Source of the DNA: a virus
Lineage: Duplodnaviria > Caudoviricetes
Reading direction: 5' to 3' (one strand)
IMG/VR virus record: IMGVR_UViG_3300042397_000935
Coordinates: 1-55,230 of that record
DNA: 55,230 nucleotides
The notes under the pieces are model-generated. The model saw only the letters and a program-made list of their open reading frames with translations. It was not told where the DNA came from and did no database searches. A program made the translations under genes and the position numbers. Every line of letters starts with the position of its first letter. Position 1 is the stretch's first letter. Positions 1-8,366 of the stretch are shown in pieces.

Positions 1-878
1 CCTTGAACACCCTGTGCACCACGTGATCCAGTAAATCCAATTGCACCTTGTGCTCCAACAGAACCTGTAAACCCGGCATTGTTTGACCAATAAACAGCTG
101 TGCCATTTGACACAAGAGCCTGACCAGAAGTACCTAGCGAACCATTTGCATAGATCGAATTTGCATAAAGTGTATTGGCTTGGAAGTCGGCAATCTTAAA
201 GCTGGCGTTTGCAGTATCAATAAATGTTGAAGTATCCGGCTCTGGTAGATAGCTATCAAAGACTTTGTATCGGCCATCGGTTGCATCACGGAAGAATCCG
301 GTGTGATGATATGTTCCGTCGTTGTATCCGGCAGCAAACCCGATGTCTGGATTGATATCTGTCTTACCACGAGCAGTACCACCTGATACATATGTAGCTG
401 TATTAGTATTAGCAACAGTAAAGTGAGTGGCATTTGCAGTTAGAATATTTGTATAAGTTCCATTATAAGAACTTGGGTCTACCGCAGTAACATATACGTC
501 CCAACCAGAAGAATAGTTATTATTGGCAGTAAATGTAACAACAGAACCATTACCAGAAACGTTTGTAATAGTAGCAAGAACGCCTTGGTTCAGATACAAC
601 ATACTGTCAGTAATTGACAGGTTATTACCAGAGATACTAATAGACGCACCGGTAACTTGAAGGTTACCACCGATTGTAACATCACCTGAAACATTCAACG
701 ATGCAAGATTTGCACCAACTTCAAATGCAACTGATCCGTTCGAGGAGTATACTTTTTTATCAGTAAGATTAACCGCAAACTCGCCGGCATCAATGAATGA
801 TGTATTACCAGAGTTTGTAGTATTTGGAGTACGACCTGAAATAGTCGTACGTTTCATCTGAAACTTATTATTTGCCAT
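1..878 (-). CDS. Tail fibre protein with collagen-like GxTGS repeats (runs off left edge; not in ORF track)
   Basis: Manual translation from ATG 878: MANNKFQMKRTTISGRTP...GEFAVNLTDKK...GFFRDATDGRYKVF...GFTGSVGAQGAIGFTGSRGAQGVQG. Open to position 1 and paralogous to 4476..5894. RBS GGAG and a late promoter lie upstream. Confidence 0.8.
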   Translation of the reverse strand, partial: MANNKFQMKRTTISGRTPNTTNSGNTSFIDAGEFAVNLTDKKVYSSNGSVAFEVGANLASLNVSGDVTIGGNLQVTGASISISGNNLSITDSMLYLNQGVLATITNVSGNGSVVTFTANNNYSSGWDVYVTAVDPSSYNGTYTNILTANATHFTVANTNTATYVSGGTARGKTDINPDIGFAAGYNDGTYHHTGFFRDATDGRYKVFDSYLPEPDTSTFIDTANASFKIADFQANTLYANSIYANGSLGTSGQALVSNGTAVYWSNNAGFTGSVGAQGAIGFTGSRGAQGVQ

Positions 879-923
879 ATGGCTCCCCGACGCAGATATA
901 TATCTTTACAGTACACTATTTAG

Positions 924-952
924 TGTACATTATTCTTAGTTTTATTTATAAT
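924..952 (+). promoter_or_regulatory. Early-type promoter TGTACA-N17-TATAAT for the glycosyltransferase operon
   Basis: TGTACA 924-929, 17-nt spacer, TATAAT 947-952; same architecture as eight other sites in the window. Confidence 0.7.
943..950 (-). promoter_or_regulatory. T4-type late promoter TATAAATA
   Basis: Exact consensus 65 nt upstream of the fibre gene start at 878. Confidence 0.75.
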
Positions 953-958
953 GGAAAC

Positions 959-3055
959 ATGATGAAGATTGCATTTATAGACACATTAGGCCTTACTTAT
1001 GATGGGTCAACTCTTGAGAAGAGAGGACTTGGCGGATCAGAATCTGCTGTCATTCGCATGGCACAAGAACTCACTAAAATTGGATTTGATGTTACGGTCT
1101 ACAATGACTGTGAGTCTGACGATTCGGTTCCTGGGATCCACGGCGATGTGCTTTACTCCCCTCTTAGTGCAGCGAATCGAGCGACACGGCAACACGATGT
1201 CTGTATCGTATCTCGATCGGTTAAGCCAATTGCAGAAGATTGGTCAGTAGTGGCTAATGCTAAGCATGTCTGCCTCTGGATGCATGATACATTCTGTGAA
1301 GGTGATAATCAGATTGAGACACTGATTAATCAAGGCAAACTCCAAGAAATATTTACACTTTCAGATTGGCACACAGGATATGTTACTCACTGTGACCATG
1401 GTGTACGTCGCAACTTTGATATCCTAAAGAATCATATCTTTCAGACACGTAATGGCATTGGCAATATGAATCCTGGTTGGATTGATGTCCGAGACAAAGA
1501 TCCCAATCTGTTCGTGTTTAATGCATCTGTTACCAAGGGAATGGTACCACTTGTCAAACAGATCTGGCCAAAGGTCAAGGCGCGTATACCAACTGCTAAA
1601 CTTAAGATTGTCGGCGGATACTATAAGTTCCGTGAGGCAGCAGAACCGGATCAGCAACAAAAAGACTGGACCGAGATGATGCTGCAATATGGTGGAGACA
1701 TTGAATTCACCGGTGTTATCACACAGCAGGAGATCTCTGACATCCTGCGCAAAGCCAGTTACATGATTTATCCGGTCGGTTTCCCAGAGACATTTGGCAT
1801 CTCTACACTAGAGGCATTGGCACATAATGTTCCGCTTATCACATGCCGGTTTGGTGCTCTTGAAGAGACTGCAATAGATCTGGCATCATGGAAGATTAAC
1901 TATCCTGTTGAACCGAACTGGGCACTCCCATGGCTTAATCAAGATTCGCAGGTTGACATCTTTGTCGACATGGTTGTACAAGCTTATAATACTCCATATC
2001 TTCACCAACAAAAGATGTATGCTTGCAACCAAGTCAAAGATATTTGTACATGGGACACGGTTGCTTTGCAATGGAAGCAACATCTTTATAAGAAACTTGG
2101 CGAGTATATGCCGATCGATCAGTATCGTAAGACACAGAAGATTAATTCCAAGGTCCGTAAAGTATTCAATCGTCGGTTCATGAATGCAGAGGAGTTTTAT
2201 GTTCCTCATCAATCAAATCATAACTGGATCTATGTTATAACCCCGGTCTATAATGCAGAGAAGTATATCAAACGATGCATGGAGTCTGTTGTTTCTCAAG
2301 ACTACAACAACTACCATATGTTCATTGTAGATGACGCGTCTACTGATAATACTCGACAGGTTATAGATGAATATCTAAAAAGTCTTTCTGAGGATCTTAG
2401 ATCTAAGATCAGTGTCGAGACTAACAAAGAGAACATGGGAGCAGTTTATAACCAGATAAACACTATTAGCCACGAGTGCGGCAATGGTATTGTCATGCTT
2501 CTAGACGGTGACGATTGGTTAGTAAACGATCCGAACATCTTCCATACCTATAACCAGGTATACAATGATGGCGCTGAGTTTACATATGGTTCGTGTTGGT
2601 CAGTAGTAGATAACATTCCGCTTATATCACAAGAATATCCGCCTGAAGTAAAGGCGAATAAAACATATCGTAATTATAAGTTCAATTGGAATATGCCGTA
2701 CACGCACCTAAGAACATTTAGATCTTATCTGATGCATAACTTTCTACATGACTATTGCTATAGTCCGTTCAAGGATGACAATGATAACTGGTTAAGGGCC
2801 GGCGGAGATACCGCGGTGTTCTATGCTATGATCGAGTATGCCGACCCAGATAAGGTTATATGTATTTCTGATATTATGTACAACTATAATGACGCAAACC
2901 CACTTAATGATTATAAGGTTAATGCAGAAGAACAAAATAAGACGGCTGAACAAGTTATCAGTGCTCACATCAGACAAGAAAGTGAAAGAATTATTATAGA
3001 AACATTATTCCCTGCACCTTTTACTCCTGGACAGATTGATTTGAGACCGTTATGA
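959..3055 (+). CDS. Bifunctional glycosyltransferase (GT4-like GT-B fused to GT2 GT-A)
   Basis: N-half has GLGGSE and ETFGISTLEA (E-x7-E). C-half has VITPVYNAEKYI, VDDASTD and LLDGDDWL. Start moved from 872 to ATG 959/962, just after the promoter. Confidence 0.88.
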   Translation: MMKIAFIDTLGLTYDGSTLEKRGLGGSESAVIRMAQELTKIGFDVTVYNDCESDDSVPGIHGDVLYSPLSAANRATRQHDVCIVSRSVKPIAEDWSVVANAKHVCLWMHDTFCEGDNQIETLINQGKLQEIFTLSDWHTGYVTHCDHGVRRNFDILKNHIFQTRNGIGNMNPGWIDVRDKDPNLFVFNASVTKGMVPLVKQIWPKVKARIPTAKLKIVGGYYKFREAAEPDQQQKDWTEMMLQYGGDIEFTGVITQQEISDILRKASYMIYPVGFPETFGISTLEALAHNVPLITCRFGALEETAIDLASWKINYPVEPNWALPWLNQDSQVDIFVDMVVQAYNTPYLHQQKMYACNQVKDICTWDTVALQWKQHLYKKLGEYMPIDQYRKTQKINSKVRKVFNRRFMNAEEFYVPHQSNHNWIYVITPVYNAEKYIKRCMESVVSQDYNNYHMFIVDDASTDNTRQVIDEYLKSLSEDLRSKISVETNKENMGAVYNQINTISHECGNGIVMLLDGDDWLVNDPNIFHTYNQVYNDGAEFTYGSCWSVVDNIPLISQEYPPEVKANKTYRNYKFNWNMPYTHLRTFRSYLMHNFLHDYCYSPFKDDNDNWLRAGGDTAVFYAMIEYADPDKVICISDIMYNYNDANPLNDYKVNAEEQNKTAEQVISAHIRQESERIIIETLFPAPFTPGQIDLRPL

Positions 3056-4296
3056 AAACTATTTTAATTGCAATTCCTACTGCTCGATACATTGAGGCTG
3101 ACACATTCAAATCGATCTATGACTTGGAAGTGCCTACAGGATACACGGTTACATATCAACACTTCTACGGTTACCGCGTCGACCAGGTCCGCAATCTAAT
3201 TGCAGACTGGGTTGTTCGTGGATTCGACTATCTGTTTTCTGTGGATCATGACATTACATTTCCACCAGATACACTAAAGAAACTTCTTGCTCACGATAAA
3301 GATCTGGTTTCTGGTGTGTATCGCCAGAGACTTGAACCGCAGATGCTTGAGATCTATGAGCCGTTTGGTACACGTATGTCAACCGAAGATCTCTATGCAA
3401 AGAACTGGAAGCTGATTGGTATCGGTGGCTGTGGCTTCGGCTGTGTACTTGTCAAGAAAGAAGTATTAGCAAGTGTAGGTTATCCACAGTTCGAATATCA
3501 TCCTGCATTAGATCATAACAATACGATCAGCGAAGATACCGATTTTTGTAAGAAGGCAATAAACAAAGGATTCAAACTATGGTGCGATCCATCAATACGT
3601 TGTGGCCATATTGGTTCTACAACAATGCATGTTCAATTGCCAGAAGTCAATCCTATAGAGGCAAGACTTCGAGAGTTATCACTGAGAGATGATCAGCCAA
3701 AAGACCACGTAGAGTATCTAAACAACATGGGTATCAAACCCAAGGTTATTTACGATATTGGTGCATGTGTTATGCATTGGACAAAAGAAGCCAAGAAAGT
3801 CTGGCCAGAAGCTAAGATTGTTATGTTCGATGCAATGAATCATGCAGAGTTCCTCTATAAGGAATCTGGTCTTGACTATTATTGCGACGGTCCAGTCGGT
3901 GACTTTACTCGATGGGTAAAGTACTACGAAAATCCAATGGATCCAGCTGGCAACTCAGTCTTCAAGGAAGATACACCTTACTTCACAGAAGAACATGCGG
4001 TCGACAAGAAGATGAGGTCGCTCGATGATATTGCATCTGAAAAGGGGTGGGAAAAGCCTGACCTTGTCAAGATCGATGCGCAAGGTGCAGAGTTGTTGAT
4101 TCTAGTTGGGGCAGAGAAAACTCTGTCAGAATGTCAAGACATTATTATTGAAATGCAACACCAAGAATATAATCTTGGCGCACCACAAAAAGATGATGTA
4201 ACGCAGTATCTGAATGAGATGGGGTTTGAATTGGTTGACCAGATTCACATTGGTAATGTGGATGGTGACTATCACTTTAGACGTCGGAAGGTTTAG
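3052..4296 (+). CDS. GT-A/GT2-like glycosyltransferase fused to FkbM-family methyltransferase
   Basis: ILIAIPT, FSVDHD, GCGFGCVLVK, SEDTDFC, CGHIG, then YDIGA and KIDAQGAEL (FkbM motifs); ATGA overlap with upstream gene. Confidence 0.85.
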   Translation: MKTILIAIPTARYIEADTFKSIYDLEVPTGYTVTYQHFYGYRVDQVRNLIADWVVRGFDYLFSVDHDITFPPDTLKKLLAHDKDLVSGVYRQRLEPQMLEIYEPFGTRMSTEDLYAKNWKLIGIGGCGFGCVLVKKEVLASVGYPQFEYHPALDHNNTISEDTDFCKKAINKGFKLWCDPSIRCGHIGSTTMHVQLPEVNPIEARLRELSLRDDQPKDHVEYLNNMGIKPKVIYDIGACVMHWTKEAKKVWPEAKIVMFDAMNHAEFLYKESGLDYYCDGPVGDFTRWVKYYENPMDPAGNSVFKEDTPYFTEEHAVDKKMRSLDDIASEKGWEKPDLVKIDAQGAELLILVGAEKTLSECQDIIIEMQHQEYNLGAPQKDDVTQYLNEMGFELVDQIHIGNVDGDYHFRRRKV

Positions 4297-4471
4297 TCTT
4301 TTTCTTTAACTTCTCGAGTTCGAGAAGAACTTGTTGATGCTCGTTTTGAAGGATGGCGTGACTCTTTTCGAGTAGCGCCATCCTTGTTTCATGTAGAACG
4401 TTCTTACTAACAGCATCGTGTAGATTCGTTGTCAGGCGATTGATATATTCATTAACAAATTCAGCTTCCAT
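4277..4471 (-). CDS. Small coiled-coil protein, possible fibre assembly chaperone
   Basis: MEAEFVNEYINRL..., heptad-like; directly follows the fibre gene; start taken at ATG 4471. Confidence 0.6.
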   Translation of the reverse strand: MEAEFVNEYINRLTTNLHDAVSKNVLHETRMALLEKSHAILQNEHQQVLLELEKLKKKTKPSDV

Positions 4472-4475
4472 AATA

Positions 4476-5894
4476 TTAGAACGTGCCTCCGTCAAGTGTG
4501 CCGTAAACTACAGTAGAACCGTTTGATTGTAGAACATAGCCATCGGTTCCGAGAGAAAGATTGGTGAATCCGTTGGTAGAGTTGCCTACGATGATTCCAC
4601 CGCTTGAAAGTGATGACCACTTATATGTGTTTGCTGCAACCGAAACAGCAATCTCACTGTTTGCAGTGATGTTCAGAACGCTATTATTCGAAACAAGTGC
4701 GCCTGAGTTTAGGTATGCCTCAAGAACGGCTGTACCATAACCAACAGCAGCCGTATTGACAGTAGTTGTTGGTTCGACTTCTACACCAGTAAAGAGTTTG
4801 TAGATGCCGTCTGATGCGTCACGAACGAGACCCGTGTAACGTGTACCACCATTTGTGAACATACCATAGAAACCAACGTCAACGGTATCTGCTCCGTTGC
4901 CATTAGCAACCTTAATCAGCGGATCTTCAATGGTTAGGTTAGTTGTATCAATAGTTGTCAGTGTACCAGAAACTGTTAGGTTACCAGAAAGAATAAGATC
5001 TGAAATCGACAGCGCATTATTAACATGAATACCAGACGTATTAACAGTTAGCGTAGAACCAGTTATTACACCAACTGCATCTGAAGCAACATTAATACCA
5101 TTAGCAGCACCAATGTTTAACGTTAAATCGCCAGTTGTACCGCCACCAGTAAGACCATCACCAGCAACAACCGATGTAATATCGGCTAGTGTATTTGCCC
5201 AGTATACTGATGTTCCATTTGAGTGAAGTACTTGACCTGCAGCACCAATACCGCCATTTGCAGAAAGTGCTATACCACCCGCAAGTGTTACTTGGCTTGC
5301 ATTCGCAATGAACGATGAACCAACAGAAAGAGTAGCAGCATTTACGGTACTTGTTGCAAAAACGTTTGCGGTTGTTAGTAATGAACCGTTAAGAGTTGAG
5401 TATACTGATGGTGTACCAATTTGAAGATCAAGTGCATTGATTTTGTCACCAACACCAAGACCGCCAGTGATAACTACGGCACCTGTAGAAGTATTTGCAC
5501 TTCCAGTAATATTCGAAAACGTTATAGTATTCGAGAAAGTATATTGTGCCGAAGTATTAATCGACACCGCGCCTTGTTCAAGCCAGTAAGTATTGCCACC
5601 GGCGTCAACCGATAGAAGATACCCAGCACCAGGTGTTGATGTGCCGTTTGCAGTAATAGAGCGAGCTGTAAGGTTCGCTGTCTTAACAGTATCAATAAAC
5701 CCAGTGCCGTTGGCAACAAGAGCTTGATTGGCGGTCAGGACACCAGGATTAAATTTGCCTGCAATTGTAATCGAAGCACCGTTAGAACCGATGAATAGAT
5801 GATCACCATTTGCAGTAAAAGCCAGTTCACCATTAGCTAATGACGGAGGAGTGGCCGTAGTTAAAGATCTTTTGATCTGAATTAGGTTAGCCAT
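4476..5894 (-). CDS. Tail fibre protein
   Basis: N-terminal IQIKRS...LANGELA motif typical of phage fibre attachment domains; G/S/T/N/A-rich; ends LDGGTF. Confidence 0.78.
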   Translation of the reverse strand: MANLIQIKRSLTTATPPSLANGELAFTANGDHLFIGSNGASITIAGKFNPGVLTANQALVANGTGFIDTVKTANLTARSITANGTSTPGAGYLLSVDAGGNTYWLEQGAVSINTSAQYTFSNTITFSNITGSANTSTGAVVITGGLGVGDKINALDLQIGTPSVYSTLNGSLLTTANVFATSTVNAATLSVGSSFIANASQVTLAGGIALSANGGIGAAGQVLHSNGTSVYWANTLADITSVVAGDGLTGGGTTGDLTLNIGAANGINVASDAVGVITGSTLTVNTSGIHVNNALSISDLILSGNLTVSGTLTTIDTTNLTIEDPLIKVANGNGADTVDVGFYGMFTNGGTRYTGLVRDASDGIYKLFTGVEVEPTTTVNTAAVGYGTAVLEAYLNSGALVSNNSVLNITANSEIAVSVAANTYKWSSLSSGGIIVGNSTNGFTNLSLGTDGYVLQSNGSTVVYGTLDGGTF

Positions 5895-5912
5895 TATTGT
5901 TCCTCAATTAAA

Positions 5913-6173
5913 TTAAAACGTGCCTCCGTCGAGATTGCCGAGGTCTGAGATTTCGAAAGGTCGTACTTCATATTTATCAGTTGTAGAATTATACACTAAA
6001 GTAGCGCCTGATACAACATTAACTTCCTCAACATCACCAAAATCTTCAATACTACGAATTTCTTTTACTTGATTTTTGAGAGTAACCGGCTTTGAAGCTG
6101 ACAATGAATCGCCAGTAGTAGCTACTCTGGCAACCATCTGAGTATTCTGTACGATTCTAGCTTTAAGAGCCAT
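5913..6173 (-). CDS. Small virion/fibre-associated protein
   Basis: GATLVYNSTTDKY motif; C-terminal LDGGTF shared with the downstream fibre. Confidence 0.65.
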   Translation of the reverse strand: MALKARIVQNTQMVARVATTGDSLSASKPVTLKNQVKEIRSIEDFGDVEEVNVVSGATLVYNSTTDKYEVRPFEISDLGNLDGGTF

Positions 6174-6175
6174 TA

Positions 6176-6505
6176 TTACCTCGTAACTTGTGGTGTGACT
6201 GTTACAATGCCTTCAACCAAACGTGATACTGTATTACTTGAACTAGTTAGTTCACAGTCATAGACATATCTTCCTGGAGTCACATTTGCAGATGCAGCGG
6301 CAGTCATAGATATGGTAACAGTACCGCCTGATGCATTTACAGCAACGTTAAAATTTATAGCCGTAGCAGACGTATAATGCTTACGCATCTGAGCAGCACC
6401 AGTATAACCAGTCAGATTTACAACCTCGCCATCATCATCGAGCACGTCGATCTCTGTACTAAAATCCGCACCTTGATCGATCTGTAAGTTTGCTTTAATT
6501 GCCAT
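6176..6505 (-). CDS. Conserved T4-like virion structural protein (Ig-like adaptor)
   Basis: ANLQIDQGADF...NLTGYTGAAQMRK...GRYVYD...RLVEGIVTVTPQVTR pattern, common in large T4-like phages. Confidence 0.7.
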   Translation of the reverse strand: MAIKANLQIDQGADFSTEIDVLDDDGEVVNLTGYTGAAQMRKHYTSATAINFNVAVNASGGTVTISMTAAASANVTPGRYVYDCELTSSSNTVSRLVEGIVTVTPQVTR

Positions 6506-6515
6506 TTGTTATCTC

Positions 6516-7049
6516 TTAAAACCCTTCTACGGTTGCACTCAGTGATACCGGCGCCGATGCTAAAACTTCTTCGGTAATAGTATTACGCACTTCAGCTTGA
6601 AATTCAACATCATTCGTGCCATTAGTTCCACGACTTACAGACCAAAATGGGCTCGTTGCGCATGATATCCATGTGTCTTCGGCAGAACTCGCACCTTCAA
6701 AATTACCAAAGGTCCGAACAACTTTAATCTGATATTGACCAAGATTTGCTGGATTAAGACAGAGTGAATATGTGTCGCCACTAACGTCACCGCCAACAAA
6801 TATTTTTCCAGTAGAGCTATTGATACCCCATTGCGCCTCGGCATATTCTGAAGCAGTGGCACTAACACTATCAGGATACAAAGTAATATCATCTAAAAAT
6901 CCTACCCAACCACCACTAGTACGTATTTTAGCATTACTAGCATTTTGCCAAAAACCAGCATCGTAATATGCTAATCCACGGTCATCAAGTATAGCATCGT
7001 TTCGATTTACAGCTTTCCAACCTAATGAAGTATAGATGTGTATTGCCAT
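6516..7049 (-). CDS. Hypothetical protein, candidate fibre tip/adhesin
   Basis: TAATG coupling to the collagen-like fibre gene gives start 7049; Trp/Gly-rich N-terminus. Confidence 0.55.
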   Translation of the reverse strand: MAIHIYTSLGWKAVNRNDAILDDRGLAYYDAGFWQNASNAKIRTSGGWVGFLDDITLYPDSVSATASEYAEAQWGINSSTGKIFVGGDVSGDTYSLCLNPANLGQYQIKVVRTFGNFEGASSAEDTWISCATSPFWSVSRGTNGTNDVEFQAEVRNTITEEVLASAPVSLSATVEGF

Positions 7050-8359
7050 TAGATCTGAATCCAAATATCGCCGACAGTTGTTGAACTAGGTTGTGTACCC
7101 TGCACAAACACCTGTCCACCGCTAGTATAACCTGTTGTTACGTGACGTAGAATTGGAGCTGCTGCTGATGCTGCACTTCCTTGTGATCCGGTATACCCCT
7201 GCGGGCCCTGTACGGTACTACCATTTATACCCTGCGAACCAGTGTATCCTTGTGGTCCTTGTACAGTATTACCATTTATACCTTGTGATCCAGTATACCC
7301 CTGCGGGCCCTGTACAGTATTACCATTTATACCCTGCGACCCCGTATACCCCTGTGGTCCCTGTGCACCAGTTGCACCTTGACTTCCAGTGTATCCTTGT
7401 GGTCCCTGTGCACCGGTTGCACCTTGACTTCCAGTGTATCCTTGTGGTCCTTGTGCACCTTGGCTTCCAGTAAACCCTTGAGGTCCTTGTGCACCTTGAC
7501 TTCCAGTGTATCCTTGTGGTCCTTGTGCACCTTGACTTCCAGTAAACCCTTGAGGTCCTTGTGCGCCCTGTGAACCAGTAAACCCTTGTGGTCCTTGCGC
7601 GCCTTGGCTTCCGGTAAATCCTTGAGGTCCTTGGCTTCCAGTAAACCCTTGGGGTCCTTGTGCGCCCTGTGAACCAGTAAACCCTAAAGGCCCTTGTACT
7701 GTTACGCCATTTATACCAGCCGAACCAGTGTATCCTTGCGGTCCTTGTGCACCAATAATGCCTTGAGAACCAGTGAAACCAATAACCCCTTGTGAACCGG
7801 TGAAACCAATAATCCCCTGCGAACCAGTAAATCCTTGGGGTCCTTGTGCACCGATACCGTCAATCCAAGATGCATTAGTTCCATTTGTTTTTAAAAAATA
7901 ACCATTGACAGCTGTGTTTTGTGTTGGTAGTAAGTTGTTTAAACCTTCTGCGCGTGATGAACCATTTGTACCACCTTGGCCGATGTTCAGAACACCATTC
8001 GAGATAGAAGAAGCGTTTACAATCAACCCTGTTGCATTTGCTATGATACCCGATCCAGCACGAATATTAATATTCGTTCCATTAGCAGCAATGATAGAAT
8101 TTGAAAGACTTAAATTGTCTGCAAATACTGTAAATGTTCTTGAGGTATTACCTAAAGCTTTACCATTTGCAGTTGGAATCAAATTACCATCTATAGATGT
8201 ATTACTATATGTAAGGTTTCCAGTAACAGTAAGATCTTTATCAACTGTAAGAGATTCTTTGACAATAACATGAGCATTTACAGTTGCGTTCGCCTGGAAT
8301 AGCGATTCGCCACCTGTTACTAAAAGACCGTTGTCTATTTTAAAATTAGTATTTGCCAT
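7049..8359 (-). CDS. Collagen-like tail fibre/whisker protein
   Basis: About 225 aa of uninterrupted G-X-Y repeats; C-terminal [14 protein letters not shown] motif. Confidence 0.85.
   Translation of the reverse strand: MANTNFKIDNGLLVTGGESLFQANATVNAHVIVKESLTVDKDLTVTGNLTYSNTSIDGNLIPTANGKALGNTSRTFTVFADNLSLSNSIIAANGTNINIRAGSGIIANATGLIVNASSISNGVLNIGQGGTNGSSRAEGLNNLLPTQNTAVNGYFLKTNGTNASWIDGIGAQGPQGFTGSQGIIGFTGSQGVIGFTGSQGIIGAQGPQGYTGSAGINGVTVQGPLGFTGSQGAQGPQGFTGSQGPQGFTGSQGAQGPQGFTGSQGAQGPQGFTGSQGAQGPQGYTGSQGAQGPQGFTGSQGAQGPQGYTGSQGATGAQGPQGYTGSQGATGAQGPQGYTGSQGINGNTVQGPQGYTGSQGINGNTVQGPQGYTGSQGINGSTVQGPQGYTGSQGSAASAAAPILRHVTTGYTSGGQVFVQGTQPSSTTVGDIWIQI
7179..7853 (-). repeat. Coding tandem repeat, 36-45 bp units, GAQGPQG(F/Y)TGSQ
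   Basis: Directly visible degenerate repeats such as ccttgtgcaccttgacttccagtgtatccttgtggt. Confidence 0.95.
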
Positions 8360-8366
8360 GTTGACC

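Noticed and set aside
872-958. Longer N-terminus for the first glycosyltransferase
   Set aside because: Overlaps the divergent gene start and both promoters; the GT fold begins at MKIAFID
7179-7853. Regular ~36-bp repeats resembling a CRISPR array
   Set aside because: No unique spacers; variation is at third codon positions of an in-frame collagen repeat
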